From Candidatus Bathyarchaeota archaeon (GTDB lineage Archaea; Thermoproteota; Bathyarchaeia; Bathyarchaeales; Bathycorpusculaceae): a DNA stretch of 64,000 nt. The notes beneath the pieces are model-generated. The model saw only the letters and a list, made by a program, of their open reading frames with translations, had not been told where the DNA came from and searched no databases. The DNA is taken from positions 93,321-157,320 of the forward strand of contig JAOZHT010000004.1 of assembly GCA_026014735.1 (NCBI GenBank), written 5' to 3'. Of this stretch, positions 19,283 to 28,859 are shown one piece after another. A program made the translations under genes and the position numbers. How positions within the stretch are numbered: position 1 is the stretch's first letter; each line of letters opens with the position of its first letter.

Positions 19283-19699
19283 ATGTGTATGAGCGATAAT
19301 TCCGAAGTTGAAACCCTAAACCAGGTATGCAGGGAAGCCAAGGCAGCGGGGAAACTGTCAGGCGACAACCTCACCCGGCTCTATGAACTGTTTGGGCCCC
19401 GCTTCACCAAGGCACTTGACGCCGTTAAGGAGGGCAGAGTGAAAAAATACGTGTTTAAGCCCTCGGGGCGGGTGGTCTGGATTGTGGTGGGCAGAGAACG
19501 TGATTACCTCATCATGCCGGATGCGGAGTTCTGTCCCTGCGATGACTTCTATTTCCGGGTGCTTGACAAGAAAGTGCACATGTGCTACCATCTGTTGACG
19601 CAGAAGATTGCTCAGAATCTGGGGTGGTTTGAGCTTTTTGAGGAAAACGACGAATGCTATGACATGTTGATGAAGGAGTGGAAAAAAGCTACTCCTTAA
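19283..19699 (+). CDS. SWIM zinc-finger protein
   Basis: FCPCDDFYF...MCYHL (CxC..CxH). Confidence 0.85.
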   Translation: MCMSDNSEVETLNQVCREAKAAGKLSGDNLTRLYELFGPRFTKALDAVKEGRVKKYVFKPSGRVVWIVVGRERDYLIMPDAEFCPCDDFYFRVLDKKVHMCYHLLTQKIAQNLGWFELFEENDECYDMLMKEWKKATP

Positions 19700-19742
19700 A
19701 TATGAAGAGTTACAAGAATAGGGGTAATACAGAGGAACCTCG

Positions 19743-19874
19743 ATGGATATAGGTGCATACTTCGTAACCCTCCAGTACATCCTAATGGGCTCAACCTTCA
19801 TCGCTTTAGCCTTGATTTTCCTGTACGCTTACTACGGCAGAGGCGAAGAGGAAAAAGAAGCCGAAGAAGAGTAA
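19743..19874 (+). CDS. 43-aa single-pass membrane microprotein (not in ORF track)
   Basis: MDIGAYFVTLQYILMGSTFIALALIFLYAYYGRGEEEKEAEEE; SD-like GAGGA upstream; fills the gap between genes. Confidence 0.7.
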   Translation: MDIGAYFVTLQYILMGSTFIALALIFLYAYYGRGEEEKEAEEE

Positions 19875-19882
19875 GCATCCCT

Positions 19883-20173
19883 TTAACTTGTAGTTCTACG
19901 TGGGCGTCGGCTGAACACGTAAAACAGCACTAAACTAATTATGGTAAGGGTCACGCTGAGGCCAATTAGCCATGCCGCGTCGGGTCCTGAACCGAAAACG
20001 ATGGGGATGGGCCCAATCATGACTACGCCGCCGAAGCTGCCCAAGCCTCCCATGGCAATCGACGTCACCACAATCACGGCGACGCCGACGAAAACAAGGC
20101 TTAGCCCCAGAAACAGCAAGGTCACCAGCCGACTGGAAACCTCAATGCCCTCATCAGTCTCCTCTTCACTCAT
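19883..20173 (-). CDS. DUF131 (TIGR00304-like) membrane protein
   Basis: [15 protein letters not shown] signature between two TM helices. Confidence 0.88.
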   Translation of the reverse strand: MSEEETDEGIEVSSRLVTLLFLGLSLVFVGVAVIVVTSIAMGGLGSFGGVVMIGPIPIVFGSGPDAAWLIGLSVTLTIISLVLFYVFSRRPRRTTS

Positions 20174-20179
20174 ATTCCG

Positions 20180-20464
20180 TTACCTCCCAAGCCAATAAAA
20201 CAGCAAAAAAACAATCAAAACCACGACCGTAAGCGCCAACGCCAAAGCCACCACTTCCTTAACGGAGTTTTTGTCTGTCCCGAAAATTATGGGTATGGGC
20301 CCAATCATCACGACGCCTCCGCCCCGCACGCGACTTTTACCCTCTTTGCCGCCGCCCATCGATGCCTTCGCGAGGGCCACGACGATAACTATGATGCCTG
20401 CGACTACAAGTGCGATGCCCAGCATATAGAAAATCGAGAGGTCCACCATCCCCGATGCGCCCAT
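20180..20464 (-). CDS. DUF131 (TIGR00304-like) membrane protein, tandem paralog
   Basis: [17 protein letters not shown] signature. Confidence 0.88.
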   Translation of the reverse strand: MGASGMVDLSIFYMLGIALVVAGIIVIVVALAKASMGGGKEGKSRVRGGGVVMIGPIPIIFGTDKNSVKEVVALALALTVVVLIVFLLFYWLGR

Positions 20465-20562
20465 TCAATGATTGAACCTGCCCGTTTAATAAATCTAGCC
20501 AAAAACGGTTAGCTGGCGCAAAAATTAAAAGCGCCAAGCTGCTTTAGCTGTGTCGGCGCACC

Positions 20563-21399
20563 ATGACCACCCAAGACCTCATCGCGGAGATAGCAGCCAA
20601 AAACCCCCAGCTTACCCCATCAGTAATCCTTGAGAGATTGGAGGCTGAACGCAGAAGATGCGATGGACTATTGGGGGACGAGACGCTTCTACGGTTGATT
20701 GCGGCTAAAAGCGAGGTGACGGTGCAGCAGAACCATTTCCAGAACAGCAACGTGCTTTCCTCTGAGCGTCTCTTCAGCGGCCTCTACGATGTAACGGTTG
20801 CGGGGCGGCTGATAGCGGTTTTTCCGGCGAAGACCTTTCAGGGACAGGAGAAATCAGGCAAATTCGCAACTTTGATGTTGGCGGATGAGGCGGGGCTGCT
20901 GCGGGTGGTTCTATGGAACGAGCAGGCGGAGCTTGTGGAACGCGGCGAGTTAAAGTCGGGGCAGGCGCTTCGGCTGCTGCATGGCTACACCCGCCAGGAC
21001 CGCTACGGCAAAGTCGAATTGCACATGGGCGTCAAAAGCCAAATAGAAATCCAGCCCCATGACAGCAGCGCCCCCAGCATCGAGAGGTTCACCGCGAAAA
21101 TCGGCGACCTCACTGCAGGCTCGGGCAGCGTGCATCTGCTGGGTGCGGTGAAGGCGGTTTATAGCAAGTCAAGTTTTCCCAGAGGCAGCGACGGCGATGG
21201 GGTGGTGCTGCGGTTGGCGCTGCGGGATGAGTCAGGCGAGGCGGTGGTGGTTGTGTGGAATGAGAAGGTGGAGGAAATCGAGCGTGTCCTCCGTGATAGC
21301 CCGCGGCTGCTTTTGGTTAACGCCCGAGTTAAAGAAGCCAAGAACGGGGCTTTTGAGGTGCATGTGGACTCCGGCACAGCCATCCAAGCCCAAAGCTAA
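20563..21399 (+). CDS. Replication protein A-like OB-fold ssDNA-binding protein
   Basis: Two OB folds (LADEAG.LRVVLW, LRDESGEAVVVVW). Confidence 0.85.
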   Translation: MTTQDLIAEIAAKNPQLTPSVILERLEAERRRCDGLLGDETLLRLIAAKSEVTVQQNHFQNSNVLSSERLFSGLYDVTVAGRLIAVFPAKTFQGQEKSGKFATLMLADEAGLLRVVLWNEQAELVERGELKSGQALRLLHGYTRQDRYGKVELHMGVKSQIEIQPHDSSAPSIERFTAKIGDLTAGSGSVHLLGAVKAVYSKSSFPRGSDGDGVVLRLALRDESGEAVVVVWNEKVEEIERVLRDSPRLLLVNARVKEAKNGAFEVHVDSGTAIQAQS

Positions 21400-21472
21400 A
21401 GAAAAGCCCGTTAAGATTAGTTTCTATCAAAGAAGGGAAAAAAGGTGCCCTTTACTGCCTTGGGGGCTTAAG

Positions 21473-24400
21473 TCACCATTGCTTCCAGGGGATATCATCC
21501 ATGTACTCGTTGAGGCTGCGGATGCTGTTGCCGTTCTTATCCTTGTTCTTGAGCACATCCACCAGCGCCTCTGCCAACTGAAGGTTAGTGATGACGGGCA
21601 CGTTGAATTCTACGGCTTGGCGGCGGATGATGTAGCCGTCGGTGATGATGTCAGTCATGTTGCTGCGGCGGTTCGCCATGGGCACGTTGATGACGAGGTC
21701 GATTTTGCGTTCCTGCAGGTAATCAAGGATGTTGGGGGTTACGTCGGGGTCTTTGACTTTATGCAGCACCACCGTGGACACGCCGTTGTCGATGAGGACT
21801 TTGGCTGTGTTGGAGGTCGAGTAGATTCTAAAGCCCAGCTCGGCAAGCGCCAACGCAATGGGCACCACGCGGGTTTTGCGTTCCACATCGCCGCCGACGC
21901 TGATAAGCACCGAGCCGCCTTTGGGGGGAATACTGAACTCGGCTGCCTGCAGCGCCTTGAAGAATGCGTCGCTGAAGTTCTCGCCCAAACATGCCACCTC
22001 GCCGGTGCTAAGCATCTCAACGCCCAAAACGGGGTCGGCGCCGCTGAGCCGCATGAAGCTAAACTGGGGCACCTTGACGCCCACATGAGGCGCCACCTGC
22101 ATGGGAGAAAGCAGTTTGGATTGGTCGATTTTTTTGCCCAGCATCGCCAGCGTAGCGAGGTCTATCATGTTTATGCCGCGGGTCTTGCTGACAAAGGGCA
22201 TACTGCGTGAGGCCCGAAGGTTGCATTCGATGACGTTGACGACGTCGTCTTTGACTAGGTACTGGATGTTGTAGGGCCCGTGGATTTTGAGGGCTTTAAC
22301 GATTTTCTGGGTTGCCTCTTCGATGTCTTTCTGCACCTCGGGCTTTAGCGCCTGAGGCGGAATAGTCATGGTTGCGTCGCCGCTGTGTACGCCCGCGTTT
22401 TCAACGTGCTCCATGATGGCGCCGATGAGGACGTTGTCGCCGTCGGAGACGCCGTCGACTTCGACTTCTTTGGCGCGCGTGATGAATTTGCTGATTACCA
22501 CGGGGTGGTCGCGGGAGACTTTGGCGGCTAAGTTAAGGAAGTTCTCTAGGGCAACCTCGTTGAAGGCAACCCGCATAGCGGAGCCCGACAGCACATAGCT
22601 GGGACGCACCAGCACGGGGTAGCCGATTTTGGTGGCGAACCGCTTGGCTTCCTCGATGGATTGCAGTTTGCTCCAGCTGGGCTGATGGATCCCAAGCTGA
22701 TCGAGCAATGCGCTAAATTTACTTCGGTCCTCGGCGAGGTCCACGTCCTGCGCTGAAGTGCCCAGTATGTTGGCGCCTGCATCGCAGAGGGGCATGGAGA
22801 GGTTGTTGGGGATTTGTCCGCCGACGCTGGTTATAACGCCCAGCGGTTTTTCTTTATCGTAGATGTCAAGGATGCGTTCTGTGGTGAGTTCTTCGAAGTA
22901 GAGTTTGTCGGAGACATCGTAGTCTGTGCTGACGGTTTCGGGGTTGTAGTTAACCATGATGGCTTCTTGGATGCCGTTCTTTTTCAGCGCCCAAATCGTG
23001 TTGACGCCGCACCAGTCAAACTCTACGCTGCTGCCGATGCGGAAGACGCCGGCGCCTAAAACGATGACTTTGCTTTGGGTGCCGCTGAATTCTATGTCGT
23101 CTTGGTCTCCGCCGTAGGTGAGGTAGAGATAGTTGGTTTTAGCTGGCCACTCCGCCGCTAAAGTGTCAATCTGCTTAACCGCGGGGATGATGCCGGCTTT
23201 TTTGCGGTAGCTCCGGATAGCGGCCTCGGTGGTTTTCTGGCACACCGCAATTTGCTCATCGCTAAAGCCCAGTCGCTTGGCTTCACGGATAACTTCGGCT
23301 GCGTTGGCTTCGGCAAGGTTGAGGCTGCGAAGCTGGGTTTCCATGTTAAGGATGTTTTGTATTTTGTATAGGAAGAAGGGGTCAACGCCGCTTATGCGGT
23401 AAATCTCCATGACGGAGATGCCGAGTTTGAGGGCTTTGCCGATTTTGTAGAGACGCTCATCGGTTGGATGAGCCATTTCGTCGCGGAGGCGCTCTTCGGA
23501 TTCGGGTTCGTTATCTTCGGGGTTGCAGACTAAACCGATTTTGCCCGTGTCGAGCATGCGTACGGCTTTCTGCAGTGCCTCCTCGAAGCATCTGCCAATC
23601 GCCATAACTTCGCCGACGCTGCGCATCTGTGGACCAACATGGCGGTCGGCGTTCTTGAATTTCTGCAGGTCCCAGCGGGGGATTTTTACGGTGATGTAGT
23701 CGAGTGCGGGCTCGAAGCATGCGGTGGTGACTTCGGTGACTTTGTTGATGAGTTCCGGCAGCGTATAGCCCAATGTAAGTTTGGTGGCGATGTAGGCAAG
23801 GGGGTAGCCTGTGACTTTGCTGGCAAGTGCGCTGCTGCGGCTCATGCGGCTGTTGACTTCGATGACGCGGCATTCCTCTGATTTGGGGTGCAGCGCCCAC
23901 TGGATGTTGCATTCGCCGACTATTCCGAGGCAACGGATGGCGTTTATCGATATGCTGCGGATTTGGTGGTACTCGCGGTTAGTCATGGTCTGCGAGGGCG
24001 CGACCACAATTGAGTCGCCTGTGTGGATGCCCATGGGGTCAAAGTTTTCCATGTTGCAGACGGTGAGGCAGTTATCGGCGTAGTCACGCATAACCTCGTA
24101 TTCGACTTCTTTCCAGTGTCCCACGTATTCCTCGACGAGAACTTGGCTGATGCGGCTCTGCGCGATGCCGATGGTGACGATTTCCTTGAGTTCCTTATCG
24201 TTATGTGCTACGCCTGCGCCTTTGCCGCCTAAAGTGTAGGCAACGCGGACCATAACGGGGAAACCGATTTCATCCGCGATTTCCTGTGCCTGTTTGACGC
24301 TGGTTGCGGCGCGGCTTTTAAGGTAGGGGACGCCTGCTTTCTGCATGGCTTGGCGGAAACGTTCACGGTCGCCTGTGTCCTCGATGGCCTGCACGGGGGT

Positions 24401-24751
24401 ACCCAGAACTTTAACGTTGTATTTCTGCAGGATACCGCTTTTCTCCAGTTCCAAGCCGCAGTTAAGCGCGGTTTGGCCGCCGAAGCCCAGAAGGATACCG
24501 TCGGGGCGTTCTTTAGCGATAACTTTCTCCACGTACTCGGGCGTAACAGGCAACAGGTACACTTTGCCTGAGAGCCTCGGGTCAGTTTGGATGGTGGCTA
24601 TGTTGGGGTTAATCAGGACGGTTTCGATGCCTTCCTCACGCAGCGCTTTTAGGCATTGGCTGCCGCTGTAATCGAATTCTGCGGCTTCGCCGATTTTGAT
24701 GGCGCCGCTGCCCAGCACCATGACTTTTTTGATCCAGTCAAACTTGGGCAT
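21473..24751 (-). CDS. carB: Carbamoyl-phosphate synthase large subunit
   Basis: IGEAAEFDYSG, GIHTGDS, RSSALASK, second ATP-grasp half, MGS domain. Confidence 0.98.
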   Translation of the reverse strand: MPKFDWIKKVMVLGSGAIKIGEAAEFDYSGSQCLKALREEGIETVLINPNIATIQTDPRLSGKVYLLPVTPEYVEKVIAKERPDGILLGFGGQTALNCGLELEKSGILQKYNVKVLGTPVQAIEDTGDRERFRQAMQKAGVPYLKSRAATSVKQAQEIADEIGFPVMVRVAYTLGGKGAGVAHNDKELKEIVTIGIAQSRISQVLVEEYVGHWKEVEYEVMRDYADNCLTVCNMENFDPMGIHTGDSIVVAPSQTMTNREYHQIRSISINAIRCLGIVGECNIQWALHPKSEECRVIEVNSRMSRSSALASKVTGYPLAYIATKLTLGYTLPELINKVTEVTTACFEPALDYITVKIPRWDLQKFKNADRHVGPQMRSVGEVMAIGRCFEEALQKAVRMLDTGKIGLVCNPEDNEPESEERLRDEMAHPTDERLYKIGKALKLGISVMEIYRISGVDPFFLYKIQNILNMETQLRSLNLAEANAAEVIREAKRLGFSDEQIAVCQKTTEAAIRSYRKKAGIIPAVKQIDTLAAEWPAKTNYLYLTYGGDQDDIEFSGTQSKVIVLGAGVFRIGSSVEFDWCGVNTIWALKKNGIQEAIMVNYNPETVSTDYDVSDKLYFEELTTERILDIYDKEKPLGVITSVGGQIPNNLSMPLCDAGANILGTSAQDVDLAEDRSKFSALLDQLGIHQPSWSKLQSIEEAKRFATKIGYPVLVRPSYVLSGSAMRVAFNEVALENFLNLAAKVSRDHPVVISKFITRAKEVEVDGVSDGDNVLIGAIMEHVENAGVHSGDATMTIPPQALKPEVQKDIEEATQKIVKALKIHGPYNIQYLVKDDVVNVIECNLRASRSMPFVSKTRGINMIDLATLAMLGKKIDQSKLLSPMQVAPHVGVKVPQFSFMRLSGADPVLGVEMLSTGEVACLGENFSDAFFKALQAAEFSIPPKGGSVLISVGGDVERKTRVVPIALALAELGFRIYSTSNTAKVLIDNGVSTVVLHKVKDPDVTPNILDYLQERKIDLVINVPMANRRSNMTDIITDGYIIRRQAVEFNVPVITNLQLAEALVDVLKNKDKNGNSIRSLNEYMDDIPWKQW

Positions 24752-24753
24752 CT

Positions 24754-25911
24754 CTACGGGGCCTCCAGTGACTTAACGAATTTATCAAACAGCAACTCGG
24801 TGTCGTAGGGTCCAGGCGAAGCTTCAGGATGCCACTGAACCGCAAAGACAGGCTTGCTTCTGTGATGGACTCCCTCAGCGGTTTTATCATTAGGATTAAC
24901 AAACCAGGGCATAAGCGGGGTGTTCTTGAGTGACTCCATGTTTATGGCGTAGCCGTGGTTCTGCGTTGTGATGTAGCATCGGCGACTCTCCAAATCCAGG
25001 GCAGGCTGGTTTTGGGCGCGGTGGCCGAATTTAAGTTTGTAGGTGTCTCCGCCCAGCGCCAAAGCCAGGATTTGTGCCCCCAAACAGATGCCCATCAGCG
25101 GGGTTTTCTCGCTGAGTTCACGGATGGCCTCGATGGTTCTGACGCATTTCTTGGGGTCGCCGGGTCCGTTGCTGAGAAAGACGCCGTTGGGGTTGTAAGC
25201 GAGGATGTCGGCGGCGGAGGTGTCGTAGGGGACACGCACAACGTTGATGCCGCGTTTAAGCAGGTTGCGGATGATGCTGAATTTGACGCCGCAGTCGATG
25301 AGCACCACGGTTTTTTGGCCCTCAACGCTGTATGTGACGGGTTTTTTAACGGAGACTTCCTTAACGAGGTCGGTTTGGTTGGGATCAGCGATGCTTTTGC
25401 CGTTTTTAAGCAGCGCGTCTAGGTCGGGTTCCTCGTTTTCGCCGAAGACCTGCAGGATGCCCAGCATGACGCCGTGGGTGCGGAGTTTCTTGGTGAGTTT
25501 GCGTGTGTCGAGCCCGTAGATGCCCGGGACGCCTTCGTCTGTTAGCCACTGGTCGAGTGTGCGGGTGGATGCCCAATGGAAGGGTTCATGGCAGAGCTCA
25601 TGGATGATTAAGCCCTGCACTTGGATGTGGTCGCTTTCGAAGTAAAGCGGCAGTCCCAGATCCTGGGTGTTGTCTGGTACACCATAGTTGCCTACCATCG
25701 GGTAGGTGAATGTGAGAATCTGCCCCTTATAGGACGGGTCAGTTAAGGCTTCGGGGTAGCCGACCATCTGGGTTGAGAAAACAACTTCGCCAGAAATCTT
25801 GCCTGTTGCACCGAAACCTTTACCGATAAATGACGTTCCGTCTTCAAGAAGCAGAACAGCTTTTTTACTTTTTTTGAACGTGCTATCTTGTGAGGCCAAA
25901 GCCCTATTCAA
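24754..25911 (-). CDS. carA: Carbamoyl-phosphate synthase small subunit
   Basis: LTDPSY, SNGPGDP, GICLG, QNHGY, HPEASPGP. Confidence 0.98.
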   Translation of the reverse strand: MNRALASQDSTFKKSKKAVLLLEDGTSFIGKGFGATGKISGEVVFSTQMVGYPEALTDPSYKGQILTFTYPMVGNYGVPDNTQDLGLPLYFESDHIQVQGLIIHELCHEPFHWASTRTLDQWLTDEGVPGIYGLDTRKLTKKLRTHGVMLGILQVFGENEEPDLDALLKNGKSIADPNQTDLVKEVSVKKPVTYSVEGQKTVVLIDCGVKFSIIRNLLKRGINVVRVPYDTSAADILAYNPNGVFLSNGPGDPKKCVRTIEAIRELSEKTPLMGICLGAQILALALGGDTYKLKFGHRAQNQPALDLESRRCYITTQNHGYAINMESLKNTPLMPWFVNPNDKTAEGVHHRSKPVFAVQWHPEASPGPYDTELLFDKFVKSLEAP

Positions 25912-25935
25912 CCTATCAGTTTGAATTTTTAAGTT

Positions 25936-27432
25936 TTACGGTTTATTGAGAGTTGAAGGAGACAGCGTTTTGATGGCTGTTTTAAGCTTGATTTCGGCGT
26001 CGGAGAGGTTTCCGCGGAGTTTATCGATGGCTTGCTTGTTGCCTGCGGCGAGTCTGGCTCTTGCTTTGAGGGTTCTTTCAACTTCCGCCCGTGAAGGTCC
26101 CCCTTGGACTTTATATGTTTCGATTAGTTTACGCAGGTTCGTGCATGAAACTATGTCTTGGCTTTTAACTGCCAAGCGGATGTTTGCCGCTTCCAAAGCA
26201 ACCTTTTCCAGCATTTGCGGCGTTGCATCAGTTAAAGTTTTCTTTTCATCCACCAACGCTTTGACGAGTGCACCCACGATTTTATGCGACGTGCGGAAAG
26301 CCACGCCGTAACTGCGCACCAGCATGTTAGCAAGCTCTGTTGCGCCCACAAACCCCGCTGCTGCTTTAGCTTCAACCTCGCCGGTTTTCACTTTTATGTT
26401 GGGAACCAGCGCTGCGAATATGTGCAGGGATGCCTGCAGGTTGTCGGTTGCAGCCCACAGTTTAGGCGTGACCTCCTGGAGGTCAAGGTTGTAGGTGGTG
26501 GGCAAGCTCTTGATGATTGCAGCTGCCGCAACAAAGTCGCCTATCACGTAGCTGGCGCGGGCGCGGATAACCTCGAGCACCTCAGGGTTTTTCTTCTGGG
26601 GCATGATGCTACTGGTCGAGGTGAATTCGTCAGGCAACTCAACAGTGCCAAACTCCGCAGAACTCCACACGATGAGGTCTTCAGCAAAGCGGCTTAGATT
26701 CACCGCCAGAAGCGCCAGCGCCGCCTGGGTTTCCAGGGTGAAGTCGCGGCTGCCCACGGCGTCGAGTGAATTCTCCACCAAACCCTCAAAGCCCAGAAGA
26801 GCTGCGGTTGCATTGCGGTTTATGGGGAAACTGGTGGTTGCCAACGCACAGGCGCCCAGCGGGGACAGGTTAACGTGGCAGTAGACGTTTTGGAGCCGCT
26901 CTAGGTCACGTTGCAGCGCGTCATGGTGCATGAGCAGATAGTGGGCGTAGGTGACGGGTTGGGCTGCCTGCAGATGGGTGTACTCGAGGATTATGGTTTC
27001 TGCGTGCTCCGCGGCGGAGTCGAGGAGTGCCTGCTGCATCTCGGCGACCTGCGTCATGATGCTGAGCAGTTGGGTTCGTAGCGTCATGCGGATAGCCGTG
27101 GCGACCTGGTCGTTTCGGCTCTTGGCAATGTGCAGGTTGCCGCCGACCTCCGCGCCGGTCTCTGCCAGAACCGCCTCCTCCACCGCCATATGCACGTCCT
27201 CGGCGTCTGGGTCAAGGCTTTGGCTGTCAAGTTTCTGCAGTGCCGCGAGGATTTTTGCTCCGTCAGCTGCCTCGATGATTTTTTCCTCTGTAAGCATGGC
27301 AACGTGGGCTTTGTTGATGGCTAAGACAGCGTCGGCTAAGCGTGCATCGTCCTTGCGGCTGGAGCAGAATTTGGCTACGTCGGATCGGACATCGCCGAGG
27401 CGACCGCCATGCAGCATCTTCGACACGCCCAA
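25936..27432 (-). CDS. argH: Argininosuccinate lyase
   Basis: SRNDQVAT, YTHLQAAQP, SSIMPQKKNP. Confidence 0.97.
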   Translation of the reverse strand: MGVSKMLHGGRLGDVRSDVAKFCSSRKDDARLADAVLAINKAHVAMLTEEKIIEAADGAKILAALQKLDSQSLDPDAEDVHMAVEEAVLAETGAEVGGNLHIAKSRNDQVATAIRMTLRTQLLSIMTQVAEMQQALLDSAAEHAETIILEYTHLQAAQPVTYAHYLLMHHDALQRDLERLQNVYCHVNLSPLGACALATTSFPINRNATAALLGFEGLVENSLDAVGSRDFTLETQAALALLAVNLSRFAEDLIVWSSAEFGTVELPDEFTSTSSIMPQKKNPEVLEVIRARASYVIGDFVAAAAIIKSLPTTYNLDLQEVTPKLWAATDNLQASLHIFAALVPNIKVKTGEVEAKAAAGFVGATELANMLVRSYGVAFRTSHKIVGALVKALVDEKKTLTDATPQMLEKVALEAANIRLAVKSQDIVSCTNLRKLIETYKVQGGPSRAEVERTLKARARLAAGNKQAIDKLRGNLSDAEIKLKTAIKTLSPSTLNKP

Positions 27433-27444
27433 GCCCCCTGCGTG

Positions 27445-28656
27445 TTAGGCTTTTTTGCCCTTTTTGTTTGCGGCCCGCAGCGAATTGTACATCCGCGTCT
27501 GCAAACCCCACAGTTCAATGAAGCCTTTGCTGTAGCCCTGGTTGAAGCTGGTTTTGATGTTGTAGTTAGCCAGGTTCTTGTCGTAGAGGCTCAACGGTGA
27601 GCTGCGTCCGACTACGAGCATGCTGCCCTTGTAGAGTTTAAGTTTAACTTCGCCCGTCACGTTTTCCTGGGAGCGGTTAATGTAGGCGTCCAAATCGTCC
27701 TTTAATGGATCCACCCAGAGGCCAGCGTAGGCGAGGAACACCCATTCCGCGTCGATCTGCTGCTTAAACAGCACCTGATGCCGCGTCATAACCATCTTCT
27801 CAAGGTCCTTGTGAGCCTCCAAAATCACCAGCGCCGCGGGGCACTCGTAAACCTCGCGAGATTTCAGGCCGACGATGCGGTCTTCGATGTGGTCGATTCT
27901 GCCGACTCCGTTGCGGCCTGCGATTTTGTTAACTTCCTCGATGAGTGCGAGTGGCGAGAGTTTTTTGCCGTTAACCGACACGGGGACGCCCTGCTCGAAT
28001 CCGATGGTGACGATTTCGGGTTTGTCAGGGGCTTTTTCGGGTGCCACTGTCCATTCGTAGGCGTCGTCTGGCGGGGATTGGCTGGCGTCCTCGAGCAAGC
28101 CGCATTCGATGGCGCGTCCCCAAACCGAGGCGTCGATGCTGTATTTTTTGGCGGCTTCAGAAACATGGATGCCTTTCTCTTTTGCATAGGCTATTTCTTC
28201 CTCGCGGGTCAAACCCCACTCCCGCACCGGCGCAAGAATTTGTTTGCCCGGAGCCAACGCACCCAAGGTTACGTCAAAGCGGACCTGGTCGTTGCCGCGT
28301 CCCGTGCAGCCATGCGCCAATCCAGTGGCACCTTCCCGCTCGGCGATCTCCACCATCTTTTTGGCGATTAATGGCCGAGAGAGGCTGGTGCTGATGGGAT
28401 ATTTGCCTTCGTAGAGGGCATTGGCTTTGATGGCTGGATAAATGTAGTCTTTGCAGAATTCCTCTTTGGCGTCGATGCTGAAATGCTTAACTACGCCGAG
28501 TTTTTTGGCTTTCTCCTCCGCAGCCTTAAGGTCCTCGCCCTGCCCCACATCCACTGTGACCGTGATTACTTCTGCGCCAAGCTTCTCCTGCAGATACTTA
28601 ATTAGCACGGACGTATCCAATCCGCCGCTGTAAGCCAACACAAACTTATCCGCCAT
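27445..28656 (-). CDS. argG: Argininosuccinate synthase
   Basis: LAYSGGLDTS, HGCTGRGNDQVRF, KSREVYE. Confidence 0.98.
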   Translation of the reverse strand: MADKFVLAYSGGLDTSVLIKYLQEKLGAEVITVTVDVGQGEDLKAAEEKAKKLGVVKHFSIDAKEEFCKDYIYPAIKANALYEGKYPISTSLSRPLIAKKMVEIAEREGATGLAHGCTGRGNDQVRFDVTLGALAPGKQILAPVREWGLTREEEIAYAKEKGIHVSEAAKKYSIDASVWGRAIECGLLEDASQSPPDDAYEWTVAPEKAPDKPEIVTIGFEQGVPVSVNGKKLSPLALIEEVNKIAGRNGVGRIDHIEDRIVGLKSREVYECPAALVILEAHKDLEKMVMTRHQVLFKQQIDAEWVFLAYAGLWVDPLKDDLDAYINRSQENVTGEVKLKLYKGSMLVVGRSSPLSLYDKNLANYNIKTSFNQGYSKGFIELWGLQTRMYNSLRAANKKGKKA

Positions 28657-28704
28657 ACCATGCTTCCCCAAATTATGTTTTGAATCTTCCCACTACCTTT
28701 AAGG

Positions 28705-28730
28705 CTGTATTTTTAAAGGTTGCGACTTTT
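28705..28730. promoter_or_regulatory. Inverted repeat overlapping the likely argG TATA box
   Basis: ACCTTTAA-N10-TTAAAGGT, 50-75 nt upstream of the argG start. Confidence 0.45.
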
Positions 28731-28859
28731 CTGTAACACAACAAGCACAATGTGTACCAATTGAGACATTTCTATTAAAAGAAAATCAGGGTTCAGAGCC
28801 TCAGTTCACGGTTTTCTTGATTGGTAAGGGCTTCTTTTCAGCGTACTTTTCAAGATGTT

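Noticed and set aside
21197..22210. 337-aa plus-strand ORF and many other 60-235-aa antisense ORFs
   Set aside because: Shadow frames of well-supported genes (here carB and rpa) with no recognisable motifs.
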